A DNA stretch of 63,941 bases, filler included, from Welwitschia mirabilis (Eukaryota), in the NCBI GenBank assembly GCA_051453625.1. It is 7 parts of one record of this genome, joined end to end, with 100 filler letters (N's around TTAATTAATTAA, not from the genome) between each part and the next. Parts side by side here need not be neighbours in the genome. Positions count along the whole stretch, not along the records: positions 1 to 21,017 come from JBOZIK010000001.1; positions 21,118 to 25,369 come from JBOZIK010000001.1; 5 more parts are not named here. One strand, written 5' to 3'. Positions 12,139-25,019 of the stretch are shown piece by piece. Position 1 is the first letter of the stretch. Each line of letters starts with the position of its first letter. The notes below the pieces were generated by a model that saw only the letters and a program-made list of their open reading frames with translations, ran no database searches and was not told the DNA's origin. Both the position numbers and the translations under genes were made by a program.

Positions 12139-13965
12139 TGTTAGGATCAAAGAAGCACCCTAGAGGAGGGGTAAATAGGGTAATTTCTCTTTATTGCAAA
12201 CTATGAATATAAATACGAATTTGAATCTTCACAATTACTTTAAGAAACAANNNNNNNNNNNNNNNNNNNNNNNNNNNNNNNNNNNNNNNNNNNNNNNNNN
12301 NNNNNNNNNNNNNNNNNNNNNNNNNNNNNNNNNNNNNNNNNNNNNNNNNNTAAGTTTCTGAGTTAGATCCGGATGTCCCAGTTTCAGATCCGGACGTCCC
12401 TATATATTTTTACTGCATACAGGTCCAGATGTCCCGTTTTGCAGGTCGGACGTCCCAATACATTTAGACTACGTGTGATCCGGACGTCCCAGATATCAGG
12501 CCGGACGTCCCAATGTATTTGGACCGCGTTCAGTTTCGGACGTCCCATCTAGCAAGTCGGACGTCCCTATACATTTGGACCGCGTTCAGTTCCGGACGTC
12601 CCAATTTGAGAGCCGGACGTCCCGTTTGGCGCAGCTTCTAATTCTCCACATGAAACGGTGCGCTGTTGCCAGTCTTTGCTCATCATTGAAACCAATTATC
12701 TCTACACTTCTCTTTATTCCATGTCAACCCCCTTCTCTACTTTAGTCAAGAGAGGCAATCTTTCCGTTTCTCTCCTGCTTCTTGGTCTCCACATCTAGAT
12801 GACCCTCTCTTTATATTCTCTTCGATTCCTGATCATTCTCCAATATGGTAATGATTATGATTTAAGCTAGAGACTTCCCTTCCCATGCTAGATAATAATC
12901 TCAACTACATGCGAAAATACCTCTGCAGTACTCAAGTTAGCTGATAATACCATCCCCATCAAATTCTGAATGTTTGTTAGTTGTCCACATATTCTAGTAG
13001 TCTCTTTCCCTCTCTGGCTGGGAAGACCTAGATGTACCCTCTCCTTCTCCTTAATGAGGGAGTGATGTTTTTATAGTCAGAAGTTCTATATTAAAAGAGT
13101 TGTGTTCTCATTACTCTATTACTTACAATTTGTAGGCAAATTAGAGAGAGTGTACGGGGAACCTTCCTAAAGGCAACCTCCTTCCTGTGAGAAGGAGGGA
13201 TCTTCTTTACTTCAGGAGAAGAAGAACACCACGTTGGGGTAACCTCTTCATCCTTCCTCAAAACCTTTGCCCATTTTCACTACAACCTTCAGGGAAGATC
13301 CTTATTGGAACCTCTATTCCCTCACCCTATGACCTGTTCCATCACTTCCCACTACAAACATCTTGGAAAAATTTGGAGGATACCTCCTTCCATTGGAACT
13401 CCTCCTTTACCTCCATCACTTAACCCTCTTTTTTCCCCCTTTTCAACCCACTTTTACTATGAGGTGCATCCACTAGGCCCAACCCATGCCCTACCCTATT
13501 CCCTAGTTACTATGTACATTGAGAGATATCGTTTGCGTACCTAATTTCCAACATCCCTCTAGAACAAGTCCAAGTCACCTCACCCTGGAAAGCAAACATC
13601 ATCATCCTTTCTTGTGTAGGGAAAGGAATTTAGATTCACACTTAGCCTTCATTTTGTTTTCTTTTTCTGCTCACAATTTCTTGCAATTAATTACAAAAAT
13701 TGGTAATAAATTGCCAAACACAATTTATTGCTTTTAAAATTGATTTTTCTAAAGCAAAATCACAAGAAGTTAAATTAGATTAGTGGCTTGTTTAATCAGC
13801 AACTAGTCACTAGATCAGCAAGCAATCACAAATTTCAAGTACTATGCATATTACAAATAACCCTAGGTGACTTTGTAACATAACAACCTTTTACAACATT
13901 ACAAGGACTCAGCATTGAAATCTAACAATACAAGGTTCCCCTTTTTAACATTTGGCATCATAGAA
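12139..13965 (-). mobile_element. Sirevirus-like LTR fragments and PPT
   Basis: TG..ctagaggaggggtaaatag (reverse complement of the Sirevirus LTR 3' motif) at 12139-12180, palindromic repeat array, and ctaaca plus ttccccctttt...ttggcatca junction at 13922-13960. Contains a gap. Confidence 0.6.
12368..12625. repeat. Array of about 10 GGACGTCC palindromes arranged in pairs, higher-order period about 56 bp
   Basis: Directly visible (c/t)cggacgtccc units with alternating spacing of about 21 and 35 bp. Confidence 0.95.
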
Positions 13966-14599
13966 ACAATACCATATAAAGAAAAGCACAAAGGAAACCT
14001 AAAACTACGTTTTCGAGTTCTTATATGTAGCAAAAAGAGAAAGATACCATAGCATAGAATACAAGCACTTCAAACTGCTTTTACATCGCTCTCAAAATTA
14101 TTGCTTTAAAGGAACATTTAAAAGTCAATAAGACGGTTAATCTATGTCAGCAAAAAGATTAAACGCAAGGGATAAAAACATGTGTTTGTATAGGACATTG
14201 TAGTTATGTTATGTTGTAGAGCATACTCCCAAGTACTTGAATCTAAACATGAGGCAAAAAAGAAAAAAGAATCTACAAGAAAAACAGCAAGCAGCAAGGA
14301 AAGCACATAGCAAGTTTAACGTTGATTGGATCCTTTTTACACCCATTCCAAAGAAACCAGCATAGAGCTCTTAGATTCAACTACAAAGATCAGCAGTCAC
14401 AAGGAAGACAAGCTGTTCCTCTAGCTTTAGCCAAAACCCTTCTCCACAACAGTACATTGGAATGCACTCCATTAAAAGCCTGACCTCTTTTATAATACTA
14501 GGGTCCAAAGCTAACCCTTAAAAAACTTTAACCCCACCACCGAAAGGGAGCCTAGCTCCTTTTTATTATTGTTAATGAATAGATGTTCCCTTTTACAAC

Positions 14600-15300
14600 A
14601 TAAAAATATAAGGCCAGAAAGTAACATAGGAGTAGCCAAAGGTTTGGCTTTATAAGATTTAACAAAACAGATCCTTCTTGACCATTGAATAATGTTTATA
14701 TTGTAATGTGGATCCATGATTCCCAGGGAGTAAATTGAAGTGATGGCTTCAAGGATGCAAGCAACAGTGATTTTCACATGCAGCAAAGATGTGCCACCAA
14801 TGGTTGCAAAATATGACCTGTAATGTTGACTAAGACAAGTCGCAAGGCTGTAAGGAGAGGCTGTCGATTGTTGTGAATTAGCATGATGCAAGATGTAACT
14901 TTGACAAGTGACAATGGCGTTATCAACTCCTTCAATCTATTGACAATGCAAGTGTAAAATTGATGAGGTATGGCTGTGAATGACTATATCTAACTTCCAA
15001 ATTATGAAGTTTTCACCAATTAATAACTTACAATATTCTGATCAGATTTCAGAAACTTCTTTGTGGAAATGGCTCCTAGGATGATTTAATTGCAAGATTG
15101 GCTACAATAAATCTGAAATTAAATAGGATCTGAGGATGCTAATACCAGACTGAATTAATGATGAAACAAGATCAATTTAATAGTCTTCAAATAGAGAGTG
15201 AAGAGGCTAGGATCAGATCCAATGATCAAATATGGTAACAGCTTCTGAGGAGACCAAACGTGACCTTAAGTAAAGTTGATATGACAAACTTCTACCCAGC
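14600..15300 (-). mobile_element. Very degenerate copia RT remnant
   Basis: Scattered motifs GSDPSLFTL and KAKPLATPM occur in the order expected for copia RT. Confidence 0.35.
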
Positions 15301-17408
15301 CTTCATTCTTCTCATTTGCTTCACCCACTTCCTTCTTTTTACATTGTTGTTTATGTTGAAGTAGATCTTAGGCCAGTTATTACATCAAATGGCCTTTAGT
15401 GCCACTTATAAATATAATAGACCTTCTTATGCTATTTAACACAATTTAGATTTTGAAATAAAAATTGAACATGTTACCGATTTGTTCATGTCATTTAAAT
15501 ATTTTGTTGTTCATGATATGTGTATTACCGTCATTGGACAGCCATCTTATTTAGTCATAAAAATTATCACATAGAAAGGGGTCAAAAGGAGAGCGGAAAA
15601 CGCCATGTCATCAGAATTGTACTCCCAAGTTATGTCACTTGTGTTTCTCTAATAATCATGATTTCGTCCCTTCAAATGATTTACAACAGCAGTTTGGGTG
15701 ACATGTAGCTTATGGTCTCTTTTCATGAAATTGTTTGGCCAACAACCCAAATGGTTGTTAGTTGATTAGGTTCCAAGCAAGGCACCCCATAACTAGGGAA
15801 CTTGGCATGCAATAAGGCGAGGAGTGTCATACACAGCACCCTCAAGTGTAAGACCAATGTTGCTGTTACTCCTCAGACCACATGCCCACTTGGATGCTAT
15901 CCCATCCATGAGGCTTCAACTACCCCAAATCAAAGTGGTGCCTTTTCGTCGTATTGGACAGCACGTTTCCCGGATTCATGCCACCCTACCAACCTCTACA
16001 CTTGTCCTTATGATGTGCCAATAGGGATTTCCCAAAGAACACTGTCCTTGTCACATCAAGTCGCAGCTTATCCTAATCATATTAGAGACCTCTTATTAGC
16101 ATCACAAGAATGCTTTTCCAACTCAACTCATGCTATCTGAGGAGCAATCATGTTATTAGCATGTCGCTCTTATTGCATCCCTACAATCAATTAACACCTT
16201 ACATATCCTTTATTGGCAACCTAGCTCACTATGCATAGAAAATTCCCAACTTTTTCCCATGGTTTTAACTAACTTATAATTAAACTTATTAATTTCTTTT
16301 TGGTCAAGTTAATACATGTGAAACAGTACTGCAATCACCAAGGAGCAACCTTATTAAATCAATTACAAACTACACATGCATTACCATGTTGGCCTATGCA
16401 AGCAAACTTCCTATGCTTTGTTCACTGCTCCCACTAATCATCATGCATAAATTTCTAACAATCAAATTTATAACATAACACAACATTAAAAAAATATATA
16501 TATTCTTTACGCATTTTTACGAGAGTTACACAACCCTGATTAAACATTATACTAGGTTCCCAAAAAGAGGATACAAACAACATTGCATCTGAAAGAAGTA
16601 TATGTATCAATCCTAGAAAATGGCACATTACAGCTTCAACATCATGTCACTTTGGATAGTTGAGTTAGCTATTTCATCAATGTGTATCTCTTTGCTATTA
16701 CCACTGATTAGGATTTCTCAATTCATTGTATTGTTACCTTGTATCATCAATTTTGTGTGTTACACCCTTTATGATAAGGTACTTTATTTACATATGATAG
16801 CCTACAACCTCTATATTCCAATTTATTTCATTCTTCATATGACTACATACACTTGTCATTTTATAATTTTTAAGGACGTCATCATAGTGTGAATCACTTT
16901 GATTTTTCAGTTCTCTTATTCCATTGAAGCCCAATTTCCTAGGTTCATGCAACAATATAGTAATTGTATATATTTACTATGTTGACTTTTACCTTGTCTA
17001 CAACCAAGACTGGAATTTGTGTCGGTAGACATCTACTTTGCTAATATTTCTACTTTACTCGGCTTTTCTTGGTCTATGTTACAATTATCTAAGTCATTCA
17101 ATTAATATTAACTCAGTGTGTCACCTAGTACGGTGATCCTCAAGGTTCCATTAATATACTTTTTAATTATCCAGACCTTTTTTTTCTCGCTATACAAAAC
17201 ACTTATCTCAAATTCTGAACAGATGTACCTATATACCAAATATCCTCGTTATTTCCAATTATTTATTAAGCATCTTTCATGCTAAGCAATACAAAATTTT
17301 TTATTACATCATTTTTTTTAAATAATATGTCACCATTTGATTACAATCTATACTTGAGTGGTGAGTTTCACGATGATCCTTTAGCGTGTCTACACTTTAT
17401 CAATTTAC

Positions 17409-17463
17409 CCCGTTTATATACAAAACATCTGTCCCGCTTCGTTGCACCGCTAATTCCAGCCAA
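17409..17463 (-). CDS. Candidate exon 3 of the minus-strand gene
   Basis: Acceptor tattttcag| and donor GGG|GTAAAT, CpG-containing. Reads WLELAVQRSGTDVLYING in phase with exons 1-2. Confidence 0.55.
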
Positions 17464-17730
17464 CTGAAAATATTTAATGAAACTTTGTTCGCTGTTGCAA
17501 GTCAATAAAAACTTTGAGACGCATAAATCTTTAATCTTGCATATAGTTCTCAAAGTTCTTCGTGACGAACAAACTAGAGATGAGCAATCTCTTGTCTCAA
17601 TAATCTTACTTCTAGACCATTTTACGGTTATAATATTTAGAAAACAATTTTCTAGCCTTCTTACACCATTTTCGTAAGAATTAACGGATATTTCAAACTG
17701 AACCGCGAAGCACGTCCTTGCATTGATCAC

Positions 17731-17764
17731 CTTGGCCGCTTCCTAGCCTTTTCGAGACGGTCAT
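17731..17764 (-). CDS. Candidate exon 2 of the minus-strand gene
   Basis: Acceptor attttaaag| and donor AAG|GTGATC. Reads DDRLEKARKRP. Confidence 0.5.
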
Positions 17765-17911
17765 CTTTAAAATTTTCGATTCCAAAAAGATAAAAATTTC
17801 GTCACAGGACTTCAATGTTGACCGTAATATTGTTACGTGTTTTTCCCCGTTGTCGCTCAACTTAAATAAAACAAAATGAGTCTGCGACAGCATCAAGAAA
17901 AGGGAATTGAC

Positions 17912-18092
17912 CTGCTGTTGTTGAATGAGAACGCGACGCCATTGTTATCAGGCGAAGTGAGGCAATCGTCCTGTTATACCGAAACCTAGGTAGAAAGGTA
18001 AGAGATGCTTTGGGAATGCTGGAAGATTGTGACTTAAGCACTGGGCAATCTAGCGGCTTAATACTCTGCTGAACGAAGCCTTTTAGAGACAT
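17912..18092 (-). CDS. Candidate exon 1 of a host gene encoding an organelle (probably plastid) targeted protein
   Basis: ATG-initiated, S/T/R/K-rich and acid-poor 60 aa (MSLKGFVQQS...MASRSHSTTA), donor CAG|GTCAAT, inside a CpG-retaining region at about 17400-18320. Confidence 0.65.
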
Positions 18093-18487
18093 AGGAACGG
18101 ACCGTAAAGTTAGTTTTGAAGAAATTACTATATCTCACAAGCCGGAAATGCCCAAGGGAGAATATCTAGACAAGCTGAGTCAGAACTTTGAATTCAGTCT
18201 TGAAATTTCACTGCAATCGTAAACGGTTCGCGCATCGGAGAAGGGAATTCGATTTCAGAGTTTGACAAACGCGACCGTCTTTCAGAAATCATGAACGGAA
18301 ACGACGGTGCTCATATTTCTAAAAACCTTTAATCTTTTAATTTCTAGAAACTCAAAATTTTATCCACTTTCTTTATTTCACATGATTTGATGGCATGAGA
18401 CTTCAGGATTAAGATCCTATCTTAACTATTGAGTAGCCTTTCTATCCATGACATTTTTGAGGGGAAAAATTAAAATTTAGACTTTAA

Positions 18488-18777
18488 AGTCAAGCGCATA
18501 ATATAATTGGTTTAATCTATGTTTATAAGTCATTGGGAGCTCCAAAGTTGTAGGTTTGAATTCTATAATGTGCAAGTTGGCTTTTGTTTTATATCGATAT
18601 ATTTATAACACACCTAAATACAAGCTTCAGCGTCTACGAATCACAAGTGAGAGCTAAAAATTTGGTGGTTAGCTCCTAGGTCCAATAAGGTGACCCATGG
18701 GCTTTCGCCCAACTAAGCAAACTAGTGGCCCTAATGAGTATGGTATGTTTTCTCATGAATTAAGTTCGTTAAAATAT
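18488..18777 (+). mobile_element. Probable SINE, copy B (more diverged)
   Basis: Collinear with 3494-3791, including B-box-like ggtttgaattc and acccatgggctttcgcccaac. Confidence 0.55.
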
Positions 18778-19150
18778 ACTCCATGGATTATATGTTTTAC
18801 ATTTCTTGATGATATGGCAATAATCAAATATTCTAGGCAAGAAATCAGTTGTGACCTACTCTTGAGTTTTTCTACCTTTACCTTATGTGTGAGTACATAA
18901 TGGAACTTTCCCATTTACCGTCCTCTATATTTTCCTTTTTCCCATCTCAGTGACTTTCATAACTTATGCATGTCATTGGACTTGTATCTTATTTTCATCA
19001 GATCTCCAAGTTCTTCCTCATCTTATCAATATGAGTATCCCTATATGATGACTTCTTTGTGATTTCTAGTTTACCATTAAGTGTTTTCACCTTATCTCCA
19101 TCATCGTAAAAGTTTTCTCCATCCCCAACATCCCAAAATGTAACAAGGGA
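18778..19150. mobile_element. Possible RTE-type LINE debris
   Basis: PWIICFTFLDDMAII (+) resembles RTE PWCMLFADDIVL. VMKVTEM (-) resembles KMKVAEM. Weak. Confidence 0.25.
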
Positions 19151-19199
19151 TGTCCATCCATCTGCCTAGGTAAGTATAAAGAGTTGGTTTTGCTTCATA

Positions 19200-20175
19200 C
19201 CCCCAAGGAAAAGAGCATCTATTAGTATACTCTCAAGGATCCAAAAGGCCAAGATGTAGATCCCAACATTTACAAGGGCAAGGTGCTTATGATTGTTAAT
19301 GTGGCTTCTTAATGTATCTTGAGTAAGAGTAACTACACTCAGAGGTCTAAGATTTACAATGAGTATAAAGAGAAAGATTTGAAGATCTTAGCTTGCCCAT
19401 GCAATCAGTTTATGCATTAGGAACCAGATTAAAAGCTTTATGTTCTCAAGATAAATTATTCCTGAAGTTTAATAAGGCTAAGCTTGCTAAAGGTAGGGAT
19501 GGCTATTTTCATTACAATGAAGCAAATGTGATTTAGACCACACATTTTGAAATGTGTATGGACTTGTGAAAGGATAGCATGATTTTGCTAGGAGATGTGG
19601 CAATGTCAAATTTACAAACCTTGTTCATGATGTTGGCCTATAGTTGTGTTTTTGGCATTCAAACAGAAGGCGGCAAATCCAATGCAAAGGTACAAACAAC
19701 ACCAATGTAGTCATGGCTTTTAGCGGGTACCTATGGGGCTCAGGGTAGCATAAATCATGCATCTGGTGTATATAGACCTTTAGCGTTCTCAACAAAATGA
19801 GTTAATAGTAAAGGGTTGGGACTTTATCCTTCACCAAAAATCTCTATAAATCTGAAGCCTAAAGGCCAACCTCAGTCAAATCTTTTACCAAAGATCAACA
19901 CCATTTCCAAACTAGGAACATTAGTACTCTTGCCATTCTCTAGTAAGCTTTCTAATATAGCGGGATTTATATCCACTGCAATCATCTCTATTATATGACC
20001 AAAGGGAATTTGAAGCATCATAGAATGAGGTAGAAACAAGTTGTAGCAGTTTGAAAATAAACATTCAAACCGAAATGCTTATCAAGATTAAAGAAGATTA
20101 AGACCTCAGGAAAGATAGGCTAAAAAATGCAAGAAAAATAGCACGATCAAACAGATGGTTCTAATAACAATAAGA
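19200..20175 (-). mobile_element. Heavily deleted copia remnant
   Basis: PBS-like sequence near 20157-20170 and WDLHLGLL (pre-integrase WHxRLGH-like) near 19245-19270. Confidence 0.3.
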
Positions 20176-20249
20176 ATAAAAAATCCAATTTTACCAAAAA
20201 GCTACAACAAAAGGGGAGGTGGTCTAATTTTCACTAGGAAAAAAAAACT

Positions 20250-23200
20250 ATGCATCACTAATAAAACAAAAATTTACATCATGCATAATATACTTTAGGC
20301 ATAGTTGGATGTTAGAAACATAGAATTACTATTTAGTTTACATAAATAATAGCAATCGTCTTTCATGTTTAGGTATTACTTGAGAATTATAGTTTATGAT
20401 TACATGTTGATTATAATGCATAATTTAGTAATTAATAAAAATAATTTTATTGTTTTGCAGGTTTATGTATCCATGGAGCACATTGACAAGTGTCATAACA
20501 ACTATTAATGAAGAACAACAAGGCAAGAAGAAAGGAAGATGATCTCATTACATGCAAATGCCACATGGCAAGTGGAGGCAAAATCTATTCTAACTCCCCT
20601 AAATTCATGCATAACATGTGGCAATGTACTCCCTTAGTATAGGAGGAGCTTTTATTCATTCTTATACGAGTGTCCTCCCTCTAACTATCTAAAGACTAGT
20701 ATAAATACGACCTGGAGCTACCATTAGACGATCTTTTGAGGCACACTTTGCATAACATCCAGGAATGGTAGCAAGCCTTGGGATCAACTTTGGAGTACTC
20801 TTCTTCATTTCAACTGTGACCTGCAAAGAAAACATTGTTTGCAATTAGTTTATTTATCATAGTATAAGCATTATATTTTTTAAAAGAATATGTTTGTACC
20901 ATGATTTTATTTTAGCACTTATTACATATTGTAGAACTAAAAAGTTATCTTTTAGAATGCTCTTTTACTTTGTTTACATGCTGAAAAGTATTGTGAACTA
21001 ATATATTACTTGAAAAGNNNNNNNNNNNNNNNNNNNNNNNNNNNNNNNNNNNNNNNNNNNNTTAATTAATTAANNNNNNNNNNNNNNNNNNNNNNNNNNN
21101 NNNNNNNNNNNNNNNNNATTAACCCCTCTAATCTTGTATTTTATGTACATACTTAGTTAAATAAATTAATAAAGAACTTTGTTATTCTAAAAACTGAGAT
21201 TAAGAAATGTTGTAGAAAGGATTAGTTCCTATAAAAATGTCATTTTCAGCTACCCAAAAAATGAATTTAAATAAAGTTAATACTTCAAAGTTAACTAGAC
21301 CATTTAAGGTCTTCCCTTAAATAAAATATATTATAATAAGTTCTATGAGATAAAGGTTATAACAACAAATATTATTTTACATTTTTATCTAGGTTTCCTT
21401 TATGAATCTATGTAAATAATCTTAATTTTAGGACCTGTCGTTTAGTGCTAACAGGAGGGCAGTCTTTAAGTCTATCTAGGATAGTTTGAAGTTTTTATAG
21501 TTTCTATTTAGTTTATTAAAGAAAAAAATTCTTGTCATCAATAGACTCTTGAACAGAATAGTTTTGTGATAAGATAATACCATCTTTAAGTGAAGAAATA
21601 GATTCCTATACCTGTGTAGAAGATTTCAAAACATTAATGAGAAATTGTAATGAGCTACATAGGAAAGTGGACCTATTGATAGAGGCACAAAGAGGAAAAA
21701 ACAAATCTAAAATTGTTGAAGGGTTATATCAAAAAGATGAAGAAGATTTTGATTTAGCTCCTTTAAATATATGTCATGAACCTTTTGTTAAAATTACACT
21801 CAATCTTGTGGATTCCTCAAGTGATAGATACTAAAAAAGAAAATACTATATCCACATTTCTAAGTGACCTTAATGATGATGATAAATATGAGGTTTTCAC
21901 CATAAAAGAATATAATGATTGTCAACTAGAAATTTATATAATTGAGAATACAAAAACGGGAGTGAACTTTCTCTAAAAATGGAGAACAGTAGAGAAAAGT
22001 GTGAAAAGTAACCATTTGAATTAAACATATTTGAAGAGGGATGCAATAATAAAAAAGAAATAAATTCATCATCTACATTAGAGGATGTTGAACAAGTAGT
22101 CATTGGGAATAGGAAAGATGAACCAAATAAATATACCTTAAAGGACATGAAAAAGAAGTTTATAAATATGCTTAGAAGTCCCATCTCAATAAAGAATTTA
22201 CTCCATAACTTTAAAAATAGTAAGTTAGAAATGATAGTAAAAAGTTTCTACAAGTATCAATTAAGACATTGGCTAAAAAAATGAAAAAGAATGATGATCA
22301 AAAATAGTTTTAAATTTTCAAAGCCCTTCTAGAATGATTTATGCATTAAAATAAAGGAAGATTTTTAAATATATAACTCTAATATGATAAAATAATTAAT
22401 ATATAAAACTGTGAAAACATTGGAAGTTATAGGCATAAAAGTAAAGCATCTAATTGAAGTAAGTCTTTTTCATGACGTATGTAATATTAAAACAAAATCC
22501 TTATTTCAAAAAGAAAAAGAACATATCAAAGAAGTAAGATATGCTTATCTTAAGCAAAAAGAAATAAGGTCTACTGATAGAGAATTAGAAAAGAAGAATA
22601 TGAGTAAAATAGTAAAAATGTATCTTAACATATTTCAAAAGGGATATGTAAATAAAAAGTTCTCAAATAAAAATAAAATAAACATCAATAGATATATTTT
22701 GATTCAACATTATAATTGTTTTTATCTTGAGATTTATCTTTTATATTTTAAGTATTTAAGATATATTACTTTATTTAATTTATTTACTAGTTCATAAGTT
22801 AATACTCTAAATAAATTTTGTATTAATTTAGTAGTTTTAGTTGCGATAGCTTGAGTATAGTTTAGATTATATTAGCCCTTATATGAATGCAATAGAGAAG
22901 ACATCAAGGATCATATTCTATTTAATTCATAATTATGATACAAAAGAAAAATCATTACTTAAAACATGTAAGTCTCTAAATGGTGGTTAGAATAACCTAG
23001 TTCACCTTTATTGTCAACTAACTATTTAACTAGTAGGGAATATGAAATGACAGGTGATGAGAAATTATTTTTGTATTAGATAAATGTTTTGGTCTGACTC
23101 TGAGATTTATGCATTATGTATCACTAGCTTTCATATTCCATCATAATTTTAAACCCAAAATCAAATAAGTACATTGTTCTACTACAAGTACAATGGGGCA

Positions 23201-23850
23201 AATATTCCCAAGAGGGGCCTTTGGCAGTGTAATATGGTAGCTGTGGGAACTCTATTAGAGGGTTAGTTGGTTATGATCTAGCCTAAAATTAGACCTGTAG
23301 GTCCCTACTCTTTTGATAGTGATTGTAGTCCCCTCAACTTACTTTTAAGTGTTTCTAAACATTACTGATAAATAGAAGAAACAAAAACTACAAAGGGACA
23401 GTCATGCTTTAGGTGTCATCTGAGCCATGGCTAGTCACTAATGTTTTTATTAACTATATCTAGTCCATCTTAATCCTTTGCTTAAAAAAAAGAAAAAAAA
23501 GCGAAAATAAAAGAAAATTGAAGTGCCTAAACATATCCTAGTAACACTCTCATATCCATTGTGCATATGTTATTGAGTTAGAGGCTAAATTTTTATAATT
23601 TCTCATAATCTGGATTTTTGTGAAATACATTAGTTATCATAGGAAATTGACACTAAACATTAAGTTAAAACTTGGGTTTTTATCATTAAACTCTATTCAG
23701 AGGACTATTGAGAAATCTTTAACCTTTTTAGAATAATTAGTGTATTGATGATTATACTTCTTCATATCTAAATCATTTCATTCTTATTTGCTAAACTATT
23801 GAATAAAGTTATATTTATTGAAATAAAATAGTAGCTATTATTTCACATAG
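20250..23850 (+). mobile_element. Non-autonomous gypsy-like LTR element (LTR to about 21440, non-gag/pol internal region, conserved 3' box)
   Basis: TATA ctagtataaata near 20696. The LTR 3' end 21311-21440 recurs at 25475-25602. A PBS-like sequence follows 21440, and the box at 23196-23336 is shared with other elements. Confidence 0.55.
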
Positions 23851-24459
23851 TAAGTAAATTAATTCTTATCTCATGTTATACAAGTTATTTTCAAAAAGGT
23901 AAAGCCATTTATAATTTCCTTTATTGAAATATCTTTTTAATGCTAAATAAGATGTGTTCCTTTATCTTTAGCTATTGATATAATCTAAATAACATCTTTT
24001 AAAAATGCCTAGATAAAAATAAAAATTAGAAAATAGATTAAAAAACAAAAAAAAAAAACAAATAAACCAAACTCATGCTATAATATGTTTTATAATGGTT
24101 TTAAAATAAAATGAGAATACTATTCAGTTACAAGGAAATGAATGAGCTCTGAAAACCAAACATATCTTTAAGACGTTTAATGAGGAAAGGCTTGGATTTT
24201 TGTGTGAGCATTCTACAACTGTGGAAGTAAACTAACTTTACATAGGCTTTGTATTAAAAATTGTGGCTCTTGTTAAAGATAATTAAAAAATATATTAATG
24301 AGAAGTTAAAAAATGAAAATAAAGTCTACTTTGATATTTTAGAATGTTAAAATTTTAGAAGTCCTTAAGAGTATGAGGCCCCCCTCATTTTGATATGACA
24401 TGAAAAGTATGTCCTTTTTTATTGCAGGACTTGCCATTGTTGCTCAACAAGAAGTTACA

Positions 24460-24760
24460 GAGCCCCTAACATATGCTACACTTCTGTGTCTATCAAACAC
24501 ACTAATAAAGCAACAAAAGAAGTAGCGAGCATTAGAGGTGATTCGTGGCTTTCGCCTTGAAAGATTCGAGGACACAATTATCAAAGACCCTTTCATCAAT
24601 GAAGTATCAGACAGTGAAAGGAAGAGGGTCTGCATAGGTCACAAGATCCTAATTGCTCTATTTGTATTATTTCTTGATGAGCCCACTTCTAACTTGAAAT
24701 CAACTATTGCATTGTGGATTGTTCAGCAGTTACAAAGTATAGCAAAGGCTGGCCTAATTA
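24460..24760 (+). pseudogene. Decayed fragment of a half-size ABCG transporter NBD (ABCG22/27-like)
   Basis: EPLTYA...QQKK*RALEVI...DTII...VSDSERKRVCIG..LFLDEPTS.L.ST.AL..LQSIAKAG matches the ABC signature, Walker B and D-loop region. It has an in-frame stop and a mutated signature. Confidence 0.85.
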
Positions 24761-25019
24761 NNNNNNNNNNNNNNNNNNNNNNNNNNNNNNNNNNNNNNNN
24801 NNNNNNNNNNNNNNNNNNNNNNNNNNNNNNNNNGAAAATAAATGAAAGAAAATGCTCTCATTAGTAGTTTATTCAAGATGTCGTTGGCACTTAAGCTCGA
24901 AGACCCTCTTTAAAAATAATGGTTTTTAAAGAAACTCTTCGAGCTCCTAGTTACCTCGACAACTTGAGTAAATTAAATTTCATCTTCTTTTCACATGTTT
25001 CCTTTATTTTAACCATTTT

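Noticed and set aside
16579..17229. Additional exon candidates near 16579-16612, 16993-17033 and 17177-17228 on the minus strand
   Set aside because: Splice-like sites exist, but phases or polypyrimidine tracts are unconvincing.
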